A stretch of DNA of 64,000 bases from Heterodontus francisci (taxonomy: Eukaryota). Below the pieces are notes generated by a model, which did not search any database, had not been told where the DNA came from, and saw only the letters and a list, made by a program, of their open reading frames with translations. The stretch is taken from assembly GCF_036365525.1 (NCBI RefSeq), contig NC_090373.1:52977339-53041338 (forward strand), given 5' to 3'. Positions 12,315-25,715 of this stretch are shown in pieces (the first letter of the stretch is position 1; each line of letters starts with the position of its first letter). The translations under genes and the position numbers were made by a program.

Positions 12315-12577
12315 GTCGGTGACGGGTTTCTTAAGTTCCTGTCGGTTATTTCGAATTACGGTGTCAATCTGCTCGATATCGACGGACGAGCGGTGGGGAG
12401 CGGGTAGTGGGGGTGAGATGGCTCTGATTCGAGTGTTTGTGCGGCCGGATGGCCGCTGTGAGAGCGGAGATCGGGTTTTTTGTGAATGTCGGGCAGACGT
12501 GGGGTTGGACCGGACTGAGTCTGCGCGCGACGGGCTGTAGTGGAACTGGGCCACGCGCTTCTTTACTGATTGCGGCT

Positions 12578-12785
12578 GGGCTCGCGATGCCAGTTTCGGG
12601 CCGCGTTCCATTCTGCCTGCGCGGGGAAAGCTGTGTTATTCCTAACCCCTTCCCCTATAGCCGGGCTCGCGATGCCAGTTCCGGGCCGCGTTCCATTCTG
12701 CCTGCGCGGGGAAAGCTGTGTTATTCCTAACCCCTTCCCCTATAGCCGGGCTCGCGATGCCAGTCCTGGGCCGCGTTCCATTCTG
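12578..12785. repeat. 85-bp GC-rich tandem repeat, ~2.4 near-identical copies, in RPS7 intron 1
   Basis: ctcgcgatgc recurs at 12581, 12666 and 12751. Confidence 0.95.
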
Positions 12786-13057
12786 TTTGGGCTGTAGCCA
12801 CATCAATCTTCCCCTCTAGGTTTCTAGCTCCTGTGCTAATCACCGGCATTGCTTTGATCCTGTGCCCATCTGCAATTTTCCATCGGTACTTGTACTAAAG
12901 CCGATCGGATCGGCCTTGTCCTGTGTTCTGTTGCATTTGTGCCTGGTTGACATCCGTTGCCTGTCTGTCGGTGTACGGGGATCTATTGCTTATTGCATTC
13001 GACATGTGTTTAATAACAATGGCTGATGGTAGTTTTCTCTTCCTCCATTAGAAATAG

Positions 13058-13186
<129 letters not shown>

Positions 13187-13259
13187 TGAAGTTCTTATTT
13201 AAGTGCTTGGTTCAGCCGTGTATTGAGTCTATGGTCATATGCGATTGAAGTGTGAGTTT

Positions 13260-13600
13260 ACAGTCATAAATTACGGCACAGAAGGAGACCATTCGGCCCA
13301 TCGAGTAAATGCCGGCTCTTTGTAGAGCAATCCAATTAGTCCCAATCTCCCCGCTCTGTCCCCGTAGCTCATCAATTTCATTTTGAAATCATGGATCACT
13401 TCCACCTCCCTGGTAGGCAGCGATTCCAGGTCATTACCTCTCTCTGCGTTTTAATTAAAAAAAGTTCTTCCTCATGTTCTCCTTGCTATTCTTGCCCAAA
13501 GCCTTAAGTCTGTCCCCTTGTACCATCACCTAATGGGAACAATAATTCTTTGTCTACCTTATCTAAACCTATCATGATCTTGTACACCTCTTTTTGCTCC
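13260..13600 (-). mobile_element. CR1 LINE 3' end fragment
   Basis: cacagaaggagaccattcggcccatcgag tail plus ORF2 C-terminal remnant. Confidence 0.7.
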
Positions 13601-13747
13601 AGTTAGTCTGTCAGTAGGCTGCCTTTCGGTCTGGAAGGTTGTGCGGTTATACGAAATGGCTCCTGTTGTAGAACTACATGAGGTAGGTTGTTGACTGTCA
13701 ACTGAATAGTGCACATGCCTGAAGTACTGTTTCACCTTGTATTGTAG

Positions 13748-13819
13748 GCTCTTCTGGAGCTAGAAATGAACTCTGACCTAAAGGCTCAGTTGCGGGAGTT
13801 GAACATTACAGCTGCTAAG
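13748..13819 (+). CDS. RPS7: RPS7 coding exon 2: ALLELEMNSDLKAQLRELNITAAK
   Basis: AG/GT boundaries, 72 nt, matches human. Confidence 0.98.
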
Positions 13820-15234
13820 GTGGGTTTTCTATAATGTTATTTTGACATTTTTTTGTGCTGGGAGGAGAGAACATCATGTTTTAATAAGGTTAAAGTTCTT
13901 GTCAGTTCATGATATACAAATAGTTTGTGGCTTTCTATGGCTCTGGTTTAAAAAAAAAAGCCTTTCAGCACATTATGTCTATGCCACATTTCTAAGATCA
14001 AACCAAAAGTAACCTCTCTGCTCTGTATCTTTTTAAAATATGTTCTCGTCTAAATTGAGGGCATGTAGACTTGCCACTGACTCACCAAGCAGAGGCAATG
14101 GTCTTCTTCACTCTTATCAAAATCCTTTGTAATTTACAACAGTATTGTTAAAGCTGTTAACCATCTTTGAATAAGAACAGGGTTGGTGTATCCATTATTT
14201 TCACTGACGTCCTTGTAAATCTATGCTCTATGGCTTTATCTTTTTTATAATGGGGTGATCAAAACTACACATGGTATTCTAACTGGCTTAAGCAGTGTTT
14301 TGTACAGTTGGACTTGGGCTTCTGTGTTTCATGTTTAAAAGTAAATCAGCAAGACTTAGTACGGTGATTATGGTAGTGAGGAATGTCTGTTCAGATTGTC
14401 ACGTTGGTAACTTGGAGTTTGTAATTGTGCATAAAATGCAACATTTGGTCTGTATATGCTCTTGTTTGCAGTTGCTATCATTTTTGTTCTCCAATTTTAT
14501 TCCCTCTTTTCCTGAAGATGTCACTCCTTCATGAGGGTATGGTTCTACAATGGTGGTTGTATTCTGTATCTCCCAAATAGCTGCTATTTCTGGGGGGTGT
14601 TGGAGTGAGTGCTGACTAACCAACTGGACGTGAGTCAGAGGTCTGTTTTGCTCTGGTTGGGGTTTAAGGCACTGAGTGAGCTCACCGTGGACAGTTTCAT
14701 TACTGATGCTGTTGTAATTTATGTTTGTAATGTTTTAATGGCATAATACTATTTGTGAAGGTTCATTGTCAGTCTGCCACTGCTTGAAGGTGCTGATCTC
14801 TCTGCTTGGGTTCTGCTCATCGGTGGTTGTGAAATAACATAAGTAGAAGCCTGGGATGGCTACACGGGCAAAGTGGTCTCTGATAACTATGGCTGCTAAT
14901 AGATGAAGTGGGATAAACTGATATGTATGGGGTAGACCTCTATATGTTGTCTTAAGGCAGGCTTTCCCCTCTAGGACTCCAGTTTGTTCCAGTCTTTTGG
15001 TATTAGGCAGTTCAAGTTCCTGTTAGGTATTCAGGTGCATTGTGGGAGTTTCCTCTTCTCTGGAACAGTATCTAAAGTGTCATCTGACAAATTGATGAGA
15101 AACTATCTAACTGCCAAGAGATTGCAGCAATCAGATTGCCTTCTCCGCTGCACCAAAAAGTGACAATTTGGAGAACTGCCACCTGAGGTATTGTTCAAAT
15201 GAAGCATACTGATTTGTTAGAACAAAATCAGGAC

Positions 15235-18200
15235 ATAGAATCGTAGAATGGTTACAGCACAGAAGGAAGCTATTAGGCCTGTTGTGTCTGTGCTGGCTCT
15301 CTGAAGGAGAAGTTCATCTAGTGCCATGCCCCCCGGTAACCTCCTTCCTTTTCAGATAATTCAATTCCCTCTTGAATGCCTCAATTGAACCTGCTTCCAC
15401 CACACACTCTGGCAGTGCAACCCAGATCCTAACCACTTGCTGTGTGAAATTTTCCTCATGTTGCTGTTGCCTCTTTTACCAATCACCTTAAATCTGTGCC
15501 CTCGGATTTCAATCCTTCCAGCAATGGGAACAGTTTCTCCCTATCTACTCTGTCCAAACCCTTCATGATTTTGAATACCTTGATTAAATCTCCTCTCAAT
15601 CTTATCTTCTCCAAGGAAAACTGTCCTAACTTCTCCAATGTATCCACATAAACTGTTCCAGGGACAAGGAAATTCATTCTTGTGAACCTTTTTTGCACCC
15701 TCTCTAATGCTGTCACATCCTTCCTAAAGTGTGGTGCCCGGAACAGGACGCAGTACTCCAGTTGAGGTCAAACCAGTGTTTTACACAAGTTTAACATGAC
15801 CTCCTTGCTTTTGTACTCCATGACCCTATTGATAAATCCCACGATACTGAATGCTCTCTCAGCTTGTCCTGCCACCTTCAATAATTTATGCAAATACACA
15901 CCCAGGTCCATCTGCTCCTGTGTCCCCTTTACAATTGTGCCCTTTGTTTTATATGGAGTGCCTCCTGACAAAGCACATATGTACAGAGTGATCGCTGACG
16001 TCATCAGTGCGTCTGAGCATTTGCCAGGTTGCCAGTATGACTCCTTGCGTGCTCGGTGACTTTACCACATAATGATTGAGTATTTTAATGGCCACGATTG
16101 CTGCCTCTATCCCCCTAAGCATTACCTTGCTCCCTCCTGCAATCGCCACCTCAATCACCCCTTTTCCCCATTCCCTCCTCCGCCCATCATCTTGCTGCTC
16201 CTGACTGCCCGCCATTCATCTACCCCCCATCACCGCCTTCGCCATGGGGCGAGGCGGGGAGCAACCAGTGGGATGGAGCAACAAGCAGGCAGGTGCAAGA
16301 AGGAGCAACTATCACGGGAGTGAGCAGGAAACTGCGCCAATGAAAGCTGTGATTGTGGGAGGAGAGTACTTTAGGGGGCTGGAGGTGGCGATCACGGCTA
16401 TTGAGGGGTGAAGGGGCTTGGATTCAATTTGTTTTTTGTGTCAAATTGAGCGACCCCATATTTATTACTGGCAGCTGCCTGAGACGTCGCAGTGACGTTT
16501 CAGTCAATGAGGCTGCTTTTGTGCATGTGCCAGTACTGTGCCACATAGTAGGCTGCATTTGCTGACAATGCAACCATTTTATGTTGTCTCTCTGCATTCT
16601 TATCAAAATGAATCACTTCACACCTCTCCACATTAAATATCTTTCACTTTTTTGCCTATTCCACCAACCTGTCTACGTCCTTGTCAAGTGCTGCGCTATC
16701 ACAAGTTCCCAATACTTACATTTTTGTATCGTCTGCAAATTTTGCAATTGTGCCCTACACATCAAGGTCCAAGTCATTAATATATATCAGGAAGAGCAGG
16801 GGTTCAATACCAGTTCCTGGGGAAGTCCACTCCACTACAGACACCTTACTTCAGTCTGAAAAACAACCACTACTCTCTGTTTCCTGTCACTTCATATCCA
16901 TGTTGCTACTGTCCCTTTTATTCCATGGGCACCAACTTGGCTGACAGGTCTGTTAGGTGCCACTTTATCAAATGCCTTTTGGAAGTCCATGTATGCCACA
17001 TCAACAGCATTACCCTCATCAATCTCCTCTGTTACTGCTTCAAAAACTCAAGTAAGTTGGTTAAACACAACTGGCCCTTAACAAATCCATGCTGGCTTTC
17101 CTTAATTAACCTGCATTTGTCTAAGTGACTATTAATTATCGTTTTCGAGAAGCTTCCCCACCAAGGTTAATCTGGCCTGTGTTGTTGGGCTTATCTTTAC
17201 ACTTTTTTGAACAAGTGTTTTACATTTGCAATTCTTCAGTCCTTTGGCACCAACCCTGCGACTAAGGAAGACTGGAAAATTATGGGCAGTGCCTCTGCAA
17301 TTTCCACTCTTCACTCCGTATCATTTAATGTATCTCATCTGGTCCTGGTGTCTTATCAACTTTTAAGTACAGACAGCCTATCTAATGCCACTTCTTGATC
17401 AATTTTAATCCCTTCAAACGTCTGAATTACCTCCTTTTTCACTATGAACTGTGCAGCATCTTCCTTAGTAAAGACAGATGCAAAGCATTCATTTAATAAT
17501 TCAGCCATGCCCCTCCCTCCATGTGTAAATCCCTTTTTTGGTCCCTAATCAGCCCACTCCTTTTTACCACCCTTTTACTGTATATAGAAGACTTTTGGAT
17601 TCCCTTTTATATTAGTTGCCAGTCTCCTCTTATACTCTTTGTTTCTCATTTGTTTTTTATGTTCCCCTCTAAACATTCTATATTCAGTCTGATTCTTTGT
17701 TGTATTATCCACCTGACATTTGTTATAAGCACACTTTTTAAAAAAAAATCTTAGTCTCTATCTCTTTAGTCATTCAGGGAGCTCTGTTTGCCATACCTTT
17801 CCCCTTCATGGGAATATACCTTGACTGTGCCTGAATGATCTCTTTAAAGGCAGTCCATTGTTCAGCTACCGTTTTGCCTGTCGACTTCTGATTCCTATTT
17901 ATCTGGGTCAGATCCATTTTTATTCCATTGAAGTTGGCTTTCCCCCAATTAATTCTTACTCTGGATTGTTATCCTTTTCCATAGCCAACCTAAACCTTTG
18001 ATACAATGATCACTCCCCTAACTGTTGCCTACTGAACCTTGATCCACTTAGCCCCCTTCATTCCCAAGAACCAGATCTAGCAATACCTCCTTTCTCGTTG
18101 TACTGGAAACATACTGCTGTAGAAAAGTCTCCTGAGCACACTCTGAGCTCTTGCCCCTCTCTGCCCTTTACACAACTACCATCCCAGTCTATATTTGGGT

Positions 18201-18650
18201 AATTCAAGTCCCCCATTATAACTACGCTATAATTCTTAAACCTCTGTAATTTCCTTGCTAATTTGTTCCTCTTTCCCATTAGTTGGTAGCCTATTGATTA
18301 CACCAAACAATGTAATTGCACCTTTTTTATTGCTTCGCTCTCGCCTTGATATCTCTGGGACATCCTCTCTGTCCAGCGCTGCAATGTTCTCCTTAATCAA
18401 TACTGCCAACCTTCTCTTTCCTGTTTTTCCTGAACACCTTGAATCCAGGAATATTTAGTACCCAGTCCTGCCCTCTTTTTGAGGCAGGTCTCCATTATGG
18501 CTACATCATCTTTCCATGTGGCTATCTACACCTGCAACTCACCAGTCTTATTTACCACAGTCTGTGCAATCACATACACGCGCAGTAAACCTAATTTAGA
18601 CTTTATTACTTTTCTCCCCCTTTTTCTCTGAACCCCCATAATAACTTATT
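15235..18650 (-). mobile_element. CR1 LINE ORF2 remnant in RPS7 intron 3 (interrupted at ~15953-16577)
   Basis: ALERVQKRFTRM, IRLRGDLIKVFKIMKG and VVIMGDLNYPNIDW motifs. Confidence 0.85.
15953..16577. mobile_element. Unclassified GC-rich insertion, probably a non-autonomous DNA transposon
   Basis: Interrupts CR1 with TTTTAT on both sides; loosely inverted subterminal blocks (gcacat..ctgacgtca / tgacgt..atgtgc). Confidence 0.4.
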
Positions 18651-18899
18651 GACGTGTGCGTGGGTGCTGTTCAAATGGCATTCTGACTTTTCCAAAGGAT
18701 TCCAGCATGGAACTGGTTGCTGGAAAGTATTTCTGTACTAAAGAGTGCCAACGTCTTGATTTGTATGCTGCTTATAATACATTAATTATTCTTTTGTTGG
18801 ACCCGTGGATATTGTCAGTCTTAGTTGAGACCTGTATTGGTTTCTGCTAATATCTTGGTCAGTCTTAATTTTTCAGGTTTTTAATATTTACTAACCAGC

Positions 18900-20643
18900 T
18901 GGAATCTAGGTTGTGAGCTTCTAAATTTGATTTAAATCAATTCTTCACTATTATTGGAACTGAAAGGGACTCTACTCCCTTAGCATCCAGTTGGTGTGTG
19001 ACCAAAGGCAGTGAATCATGCAGGTCAGGCCTGGTATCCTGCCAGCAGTTATCATGCCTTAATTCTGCAGCAGTTTGCTGTGCTAACTGCATTTGAGCGA
19101 CCATCACAAGGTAAAGGGCAACACAGGCTATCTGCTGACCACATGTTTGATGTGTGCATGGTTTGTGCACTAGGTGCACAGTATGCATAGGATGAAATCC
19201 ATGGTGCCATACACAATATGATCAAGCAGACCATTGATGTGCTGAAAAAACGCTTCTGCTGCCGAGACTGCTCTGAAGGAGCCCAGAGTACTCTGCAGAG
19301 CAGATGTCAAGATTCGTTGACTGTATGCTGCACAACTGTGCCATCATGAGGGCACAGCCCTTGAACATAGAACAGTACAGCACAGTACAGGCCCTTCGGC
19401 CCACTATGTTGTGCCGAACCTTTAACCTACTCTAGGATCAAACTACATACATACCCTTCACACTACTATCATCCATGTACCTATCCAAGAGTCGCTTAAA
19501 TGTCCTTGCTACCATCTATATGGAAAGGACCTCAGGAAGAGGAAAAGAGGAAGCAAGCTAGACACCCTTTTCTGAAGTCCACAGTGCAATACCAGTAATC
19601 GCAACCCGAATTCCCTATTCAATTCCATATGCTACCTTGCCTTTGTCACTTACTATCCTAATGTCTGCTTGGTCACTGCAAAAGTAAAAGTCACCGTAAA
19701 ATAAAGATTCTAAACCAAATTTAAAATTAAATCATGCCATATAGAATGCAAAAGTCAAACTAATCGCACTTGTGCATTGCCTTAGTATGTCATTGAGCAT
19801 CATGCAATCTATTTGGATGGTGTGGCTATCTTGGTTGAAGAGCTGGCTGTCTGTGCAAGTTGCAAGATGTGCATGTCAGCCTTACAGCAGCACTAAGTGT
19901 GAGGGTGATGTGAAGTATGTTAAGTAAGATTGTTGGTTGGTGAATGAGAGGAGGGTGTGTGATTTGAGCAGTGTCTGAGATTAATGTTGCAGTTGGTATG
20001 ATGCAGTTGAAGATGCATTCACGAACCTTGACCAATCATGTGAGGTCATTCAACTTCTTGTAGCATTGCATCTAAGTTCTTGGCATTGACCTCCATGACT
20101 ATCTGCTCCTACTGCTTTTTGAGCGTGAGTCTGGAGATCCTCCTTTCCGCTGCTTCCACCAAGGCATTCAAGAACCTTCTGCTCTCTTCCTTTTTGTACC
20201 ATTCTTTAGTGTTTCCCAGGTCAGGGTCACGTCCTGCACGACTGCCAGCACCTACTCCAGTCACAATGTACCTCTTTTAAGCAGACCAAAGAAAAATACT
20301 GCAGATGCTGGAAATCTAAAATAAAAAAAAAAATGCTAGAAATACTCCGATCAGGCAGCATCTGTGGAGAAAGTATTTCGAACAGTTGACATTTAGGGTC
20401 AATGACTGCAATGATGAACGTGAAATGTTAACTCTGTTTCTCTTTTCCAGAGATGCTGCCTGACCTGAGTAATCTGTTATTCACCTTTAAACTGTGCAGG
20501 TTGGCTTTAACTGGTGCTAGAAGCTTAATCTCTGGCTGGACACTGGAAATCATTGAAATCAGCTGCATGAAAATCAACAGGCATGGGTTAATCACACATT
20601 GTCATCCCCACGCCAGTGTTCGGGTGTTACTGAATTTACCGCC
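18900..20643. mobile_element. PIF/Harbinger transposon remnant: DDE transposase (+, ~18950-19363) and Myb/SANT-like gene (-, ~20020-20210)
   Basis: Manual translation gives N*KGLYSLSIQLVCDQ...IKQTIDVLKKRF...CMLHNCAIMR and LNALVEA..EQIVMEVNA..QCYKKLNDL. Confidence 0.75.
20285..20470. mobile_element. Fold-back Penelope terminal-repeat derivative
   Basis: caggcagcatctgtggagaaag ... cttttccagagatgctgcctg inverted arms. Confidence 0.6.
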
Positions 20644-20659
20644 AGAGTATTATTTTTAG

Positions 20660-22225
20660 GCATGCCATCTTGGCGGCCTCCTGAGGTCCCCAGCATCACA
20701 GATGCCAGTCTTCAGCCAATCTGATTCACTCCACATGATATCAAGAAATGGCTGAATGCACTGGATACTGCAAAGGCTATGGGCCCTGACAACATTGAAG
20801 ACCTGTGGTCCAGAACTAGCCGTTCCCCTAGCCAAGCTGTTCCAGGACAGCTACAATACTGGTATCTACCCGGCAATGTGGAAAATTGCCCAGGGACGTC
20901 CTATCCACAAATAGCAGGACAACTGCAACCCGGCCAATTAATGCCCTATCTGTCTAGCCTCAATCATTAGCAAAATGATGGAAGGGGTCGATGACCGTGC
21001 TTTCAAGCGGCACTTGCTCAGCAATAACCTGCTCGGTGACACTCAGTTTGGGTTCTGCCAGGGCCAATCAGCTCCTGACCTCATTATAGCCATGTCCAAA
21101 CATGGATAGAAGAGCTGAACTCCAGAGGTGAGGTGACAATTACTGCCCCTGCAAGACAGTATTTGATTGAGTATGGCATAAAAGCCTGAGCAAAACTGGA
21201 GTCAGTGGGGGCTGGGGGGAACTGTCTGCTAGTTGGAGTCATACCTAGCACTAAAGAAGATGGTTGTAGTTGTTGGAGGTCATTCATCTCAGTCCCAGGA
21301 CATCGATGCAGGAGTTCCTCGGGGTAGTGTCCTGGGACAAACCATCTTCAGCTGCTTCCTCAATGACCTTCCCTTCATCATAAGGTCAGAAGTGGGGATG
21401 TTCACTGCACAATGTTCAGCACCATTTGCGACTTCTCAAATACTGAAGCAGCCTGTGTCCATATGGAGGAAAACCTGGACAAATTCCAAGCTTGGGCTGA
21501 TGAGTGGCAAGTAACATTCCTGCCACACAAGTGCCAGGCAATGACCATTTCAAACGAGAGAGAATCTAACCTTCTCTCCTTGATGTTCAATGGCATTATC
21601 ATAGCTGAATCCCCCACTATCAACATAAATACTGTGGCTACAAGAGCAGGTCAGAAGCCAGGACTTCTGTGGCGAGTAACCTGACTCCGCAAAGCCTGTC
21701 CACCATCTACAAGGTATAAGTCAGGAGTGGGATGGAATACTCTATTTGCCTGGATGAGAGGAGCTCCAACAACATTCAAGAAGCTCAACACCACCCAGGA
21801 CAAAGCAGCCTGTTTGGCGTCCTATCCACCACCTTCAACATTCGCTCCCTGCATCACTGACACACAGTGGCATCATTGTTTACCATCTACAAGATGCACT
21901 GCAGCAACTCAGCAAGGCTCCTTTGACGGCACCTTCCAAACTCCTGACCTGTACTACTCACAAGGACAAGGGCAGCAGATGCATGGGAACACAACCGCCT
22001 GCATGTTTCCCTCCAGGCCACATACTATGCTGACTTGGAACTATATCGCTGTTCCTTCACTGTCGCTGGGTCAAAATCCTGAAACAGCACTATTGGTGTA
22101 GCCATACCCCAAGGACTGCAGCAGTCCAAGAAGGCAGCTCACCACCACCTTCTCAAGGGCAGTTAGGATGGGCAATAAATGCTGGCCTAGCCAGTGACGC
22201 CTGCATCCCATGAACGAATCTTAAA
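20660..22225 (+). mobile_element. CR1/L2-group LINE (RT remnant plus 3' tail)
   Basis: GPDNI, GVPRGSVLG..IFSCFLNDLP and WADEWQVTF.P.KC motifs; tail gggcaataaatgctggcc. Confidence 0.85.
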
Positions 22226-22508
22226 AATTTATTAAAGCTTTTATGAAACAGGATGATTTACTATGTTTAAAGGTGCTATATAATGGCAAGTTGTTGTATT
22301 TTGTGTTGAAATGAAAACCTTATGGAGTCCATTGTATAAAAAGTCCCACTTAGGTTGTTTTTACCAAATCTGTACTTTCCTTGGGGGAAATATATTTTGC
22401 TATTGATGATCTGCTTAAGGTGGTACTGTCACTTTGTTTTTCAGAGTTTGCAATATCAATTTTTTTTGTGTGTAGATCATTTTTAAATGGCTGGCTTTTA
22501 TTTAATAG

Positions 22509-22682
<174 letters not shown>

Positions 22683-22741
22683 TGATGTAGTTCTAGCCTT
22701 TCCTGCATGAACGTATTAAAATTTATTTTTTCTTCTATAAG

Positions 22742-22806
22742 AGGAGAATTCTGCCAAAACCAACCAGAAAAAGTAGAAACAAGAACAAGCAGAAGCGTCC
22801 CAGAAG
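22742..22806 (+). CDS. RPS7: RPS7 coding exon 4: RRILPKPTRKSRNKNKQKRPR(S)
   Basis: 65 nt after an 89-nt intron; AAG acceptor, GTAAAT donor. Confidence 0.98.
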
Positions 22807-23549
22807 GTAAATGTCTTTTTTTTTAATTGTACATCCAATGAAATTGTATAGCAGCAGTGGTTATTTGGCACGTTGGTGTCTTATTAGAGGTTGATTGAGA
22901 AAGATGTCAGAAATACTATGCAGACCACAAGGTCATTCTCTGTTTCCCAGAAAGCTTGTGTTACAAATTAATATAATGGGATGGCTTGGATTAGGACACT
23001 GACTTTCTAAGGCTTCTGGTTGCATGTTGGGTTTCACAGAACAACCAGGAGAGCACGCATGGATATACCTTCACACTTTATATCCAACGCTTGTGTGTTT
23101 TGTATAAATGTTAGCATTTAGTTTACAAGCCATGTTTTGGCTTAAGAAATGTGTCGGGCTGTGGGGAAGGAGCAGGTGAGTGGGACTAACTGAATAGCTT
23201 GTTCAAAGCCAGCACAAACAAGGTGGACTGAATAGCTGCCTATGCTCTGATTTCTGAGATGTTTACAACTGAAGATAAACATGTAGATAACATGTTTAAT
23301 GGGTTTCATTATAGCTCCAGGGGGAAAAATGAGTTGAATAAATTGTCTTGGTGTGTGAATGGCTTTTGGCTTCTCACAATATGTATGCCTCAAAGTGGTC
23401 CATGCAAGGGTCATTTCCAGGCATCAGTGTTTTCACATGAGAACTTGTGTTTTGGAGTATTTACAAATATTTTCAGTTGGTAATACTGAGGATCAACTCA
23501 TCTATTGGCTTTAGTACTGTCTTGAGTATCCTAGATAGTCTGGATAAAG

Positions 23550-23758
23550 CAGTGGTTTTCAAACTTTGCGCAGGGCACCGTGCAAATAATTAATCCTCCC
23601 AAGGATTCCCAGTCCAAAATTCTGTCAGCTATCCAAAGAAAAATATTTGGAGAACTGCTTTATAGCGACATTATTGAGTTGATAAAATTCAGATAATTGA
23701 GACTGGAATCTAATGAGCTTGTGGACCCTTTCGGGTTCAGGGACTCTGTTTAAAGCTG
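23550..23758. mobile_element. Decayed hAT-like MITE
   Basis: Starts CAGTGGTTTTCAAACT (Charlie-type TIR); right end degenerate. Confidence 0.35.
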
Positions 23759-23977
23759 TAAAAATCTGTACTATTAGCTGTCAATGGAACTGCACCTGCA
23801 TCACAGCACTTTGGTGCAATTTATACTCAAGAGCCCCAACAGAGAGATTTAAGATATATAAAGGTATTAGCCATTAATGGGTGCAGAATACTGAAGAAAT
23901 AACCAGTGTTAACTTGATATCACAATTTAACATTTTAGTTTGCTGACTGCTAACAATTTCTATTGGTGCAGGTTTAA

Positions 23978-24595
<618 letters not shown>

Positions 24596-24713
24596 GGAAA
24601 GGCTTCTTTTAAGAATTTCCTCCAGAACTAAGCGCATAAATTGTTAATTTTTTTTTTAAACTAACTGGCTTGTCAATTTGTGTATCTGATATGTACATTT
24701 TTCCTCCCCACAG

Positions 24714-24791
24714 GTGGATACATTTTCTGCTGTCTACAAGAAACTAACGGGCAAAGATGTTGTATATGAATTCCCAGAGTTCCAACTGTAA
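24714..24791 (+). CDS. RPS7: RPS7 last coding exon: [25 protein letters not shown]
   Basis: CAG acceptor, TAA 24789-24791; exons total 585 nt = 194 aa plus stop. Confidence 0.98.
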   Translation: MDTFSAVYKKLTGKDVVYEFPEFQL

Positions 24792-24809
24792 ATTGTGCAG
24801 AATGGCTTA

Positions 24810-24815
24810 AATAAA
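24810..24815 (+). terminator. RPS7: RPS7 polyadenylation signal AATAAA
   Basis: 18 nt after the stop, with T/GT-rich downstream sequence; a short 3'UTR is typical of RP genes. Confidence 0.85.
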
Positions 24816-24922
24816 TTTTTTTTGGTCCTATCCATCTTTGCAGTTGAGCTTTTGCTTTTAAAAACAAATGTTGTTTGGTTGCTCTCAATCGTTGAATTTA
24901 GCTCCATTTGTTCTTGTTATAT

Positions 24923-25040
24923 AAAAGCAAAATACTATGGATGCTGGAAAAACTCAGCATTTCAGGTCTGTTAACTCTGTTTCTCTCTCTGCAGATGCTG
25001 CTAGACCTGCTAAGTACTTCCAGCACTTTCTGTTTTTATT
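24923..25040. mobile_element. Short fold-back Penelope terminal-repeat derivative
   Basis: aaagcaaaatact..gatgctggaa followed by the reverse-oriented gttaactctgtttctctct..ttccagca. Confidence 0.6.
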
Positions 25041-25354
25041 CTAGTTGCATCTGGCTTGCATGCAATTTAAATCTTGGGAATATTTCCTGTTTTTGTGAAT
25101 TTCAGCTTTTTCTTTGCTAATATATTTCTGACTAGCCATTATTGGTGCAATATGTAATGTTTCAGTGAAATGCACTTCCATCTTGACCTGGTGGATCAGA
25201 TGTTTTGGAAGGCTGCTGGTGACTAACCATATCCCAGCAGAGTTGCTGCTATTTTTGGTGAGGGAAGAGAGTGGAAACATTTAAGAGTGGCTTGCAGGAC
25301 TTGTGCTGTGGTTTGGAAGTTCAGAATTGTGAAAAGGAATATAAAAGAGAAAAG

Positions 25355-25715
25355 ATGCATCTTATACAAGATTAGCATGACAAATTGAACAATGACTTGT
25401 TTATAAGTACAGCCAAATGACTAGATTAACTTTGGCTGGTACAGTTTTAAATCTTTTTTTATTGTTGCAGTAAGCAGCACAAATAAGTGAAAGCAGTAAA
25501 GATAACAGTTGGTTCCTTACCCAATTACCTATCCAATAGATTGAGAAACATGATTATATTGTGTAGCCAACAGAGAACTGGATTTTAAAAAAATGGTATT
25601 GGCATGTGGTCATCGGTCATCACTGGCAAGGCCAACATTTATGGCCTTGAGAAGGTAGTGGTGAACCACTGCTCTTCTAGATAGTAGGGGTCACAGGTAT
25701 GGAAGGTGCTGTTGA
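25355..25715 (+). repeat. Direct repeat copy 2 (downstream of RPS7)
   Basis: Colinear with 24241-24595; continues into a LINE remnant. Confidence 0.9.

Noticed and set aside
12630-12735. TATTCCTA in the tandem repeat resembles the U17 m1 motif
   Set aside because: No AAACCAT m2 motif, ACA box or U17 5' domain
12578-12785. Possible CRISPR-like array
   Set aside because: Units are identical end to end with no unique spacers; vertebrate DNA; no cas genes
12153-12797. Several overlapping ORFs at the RPS7 promoter
   Set aside because: By-product of the stop-poor CpG island and tandem repeat
13033-13057. Second TCT-like motif and tandem TAG acceptors before the ATG exon
   Set aside because: It is the polypyrimidine tract; either acceptor (13051 or 13057) changes only 6 nt of 5'UTR
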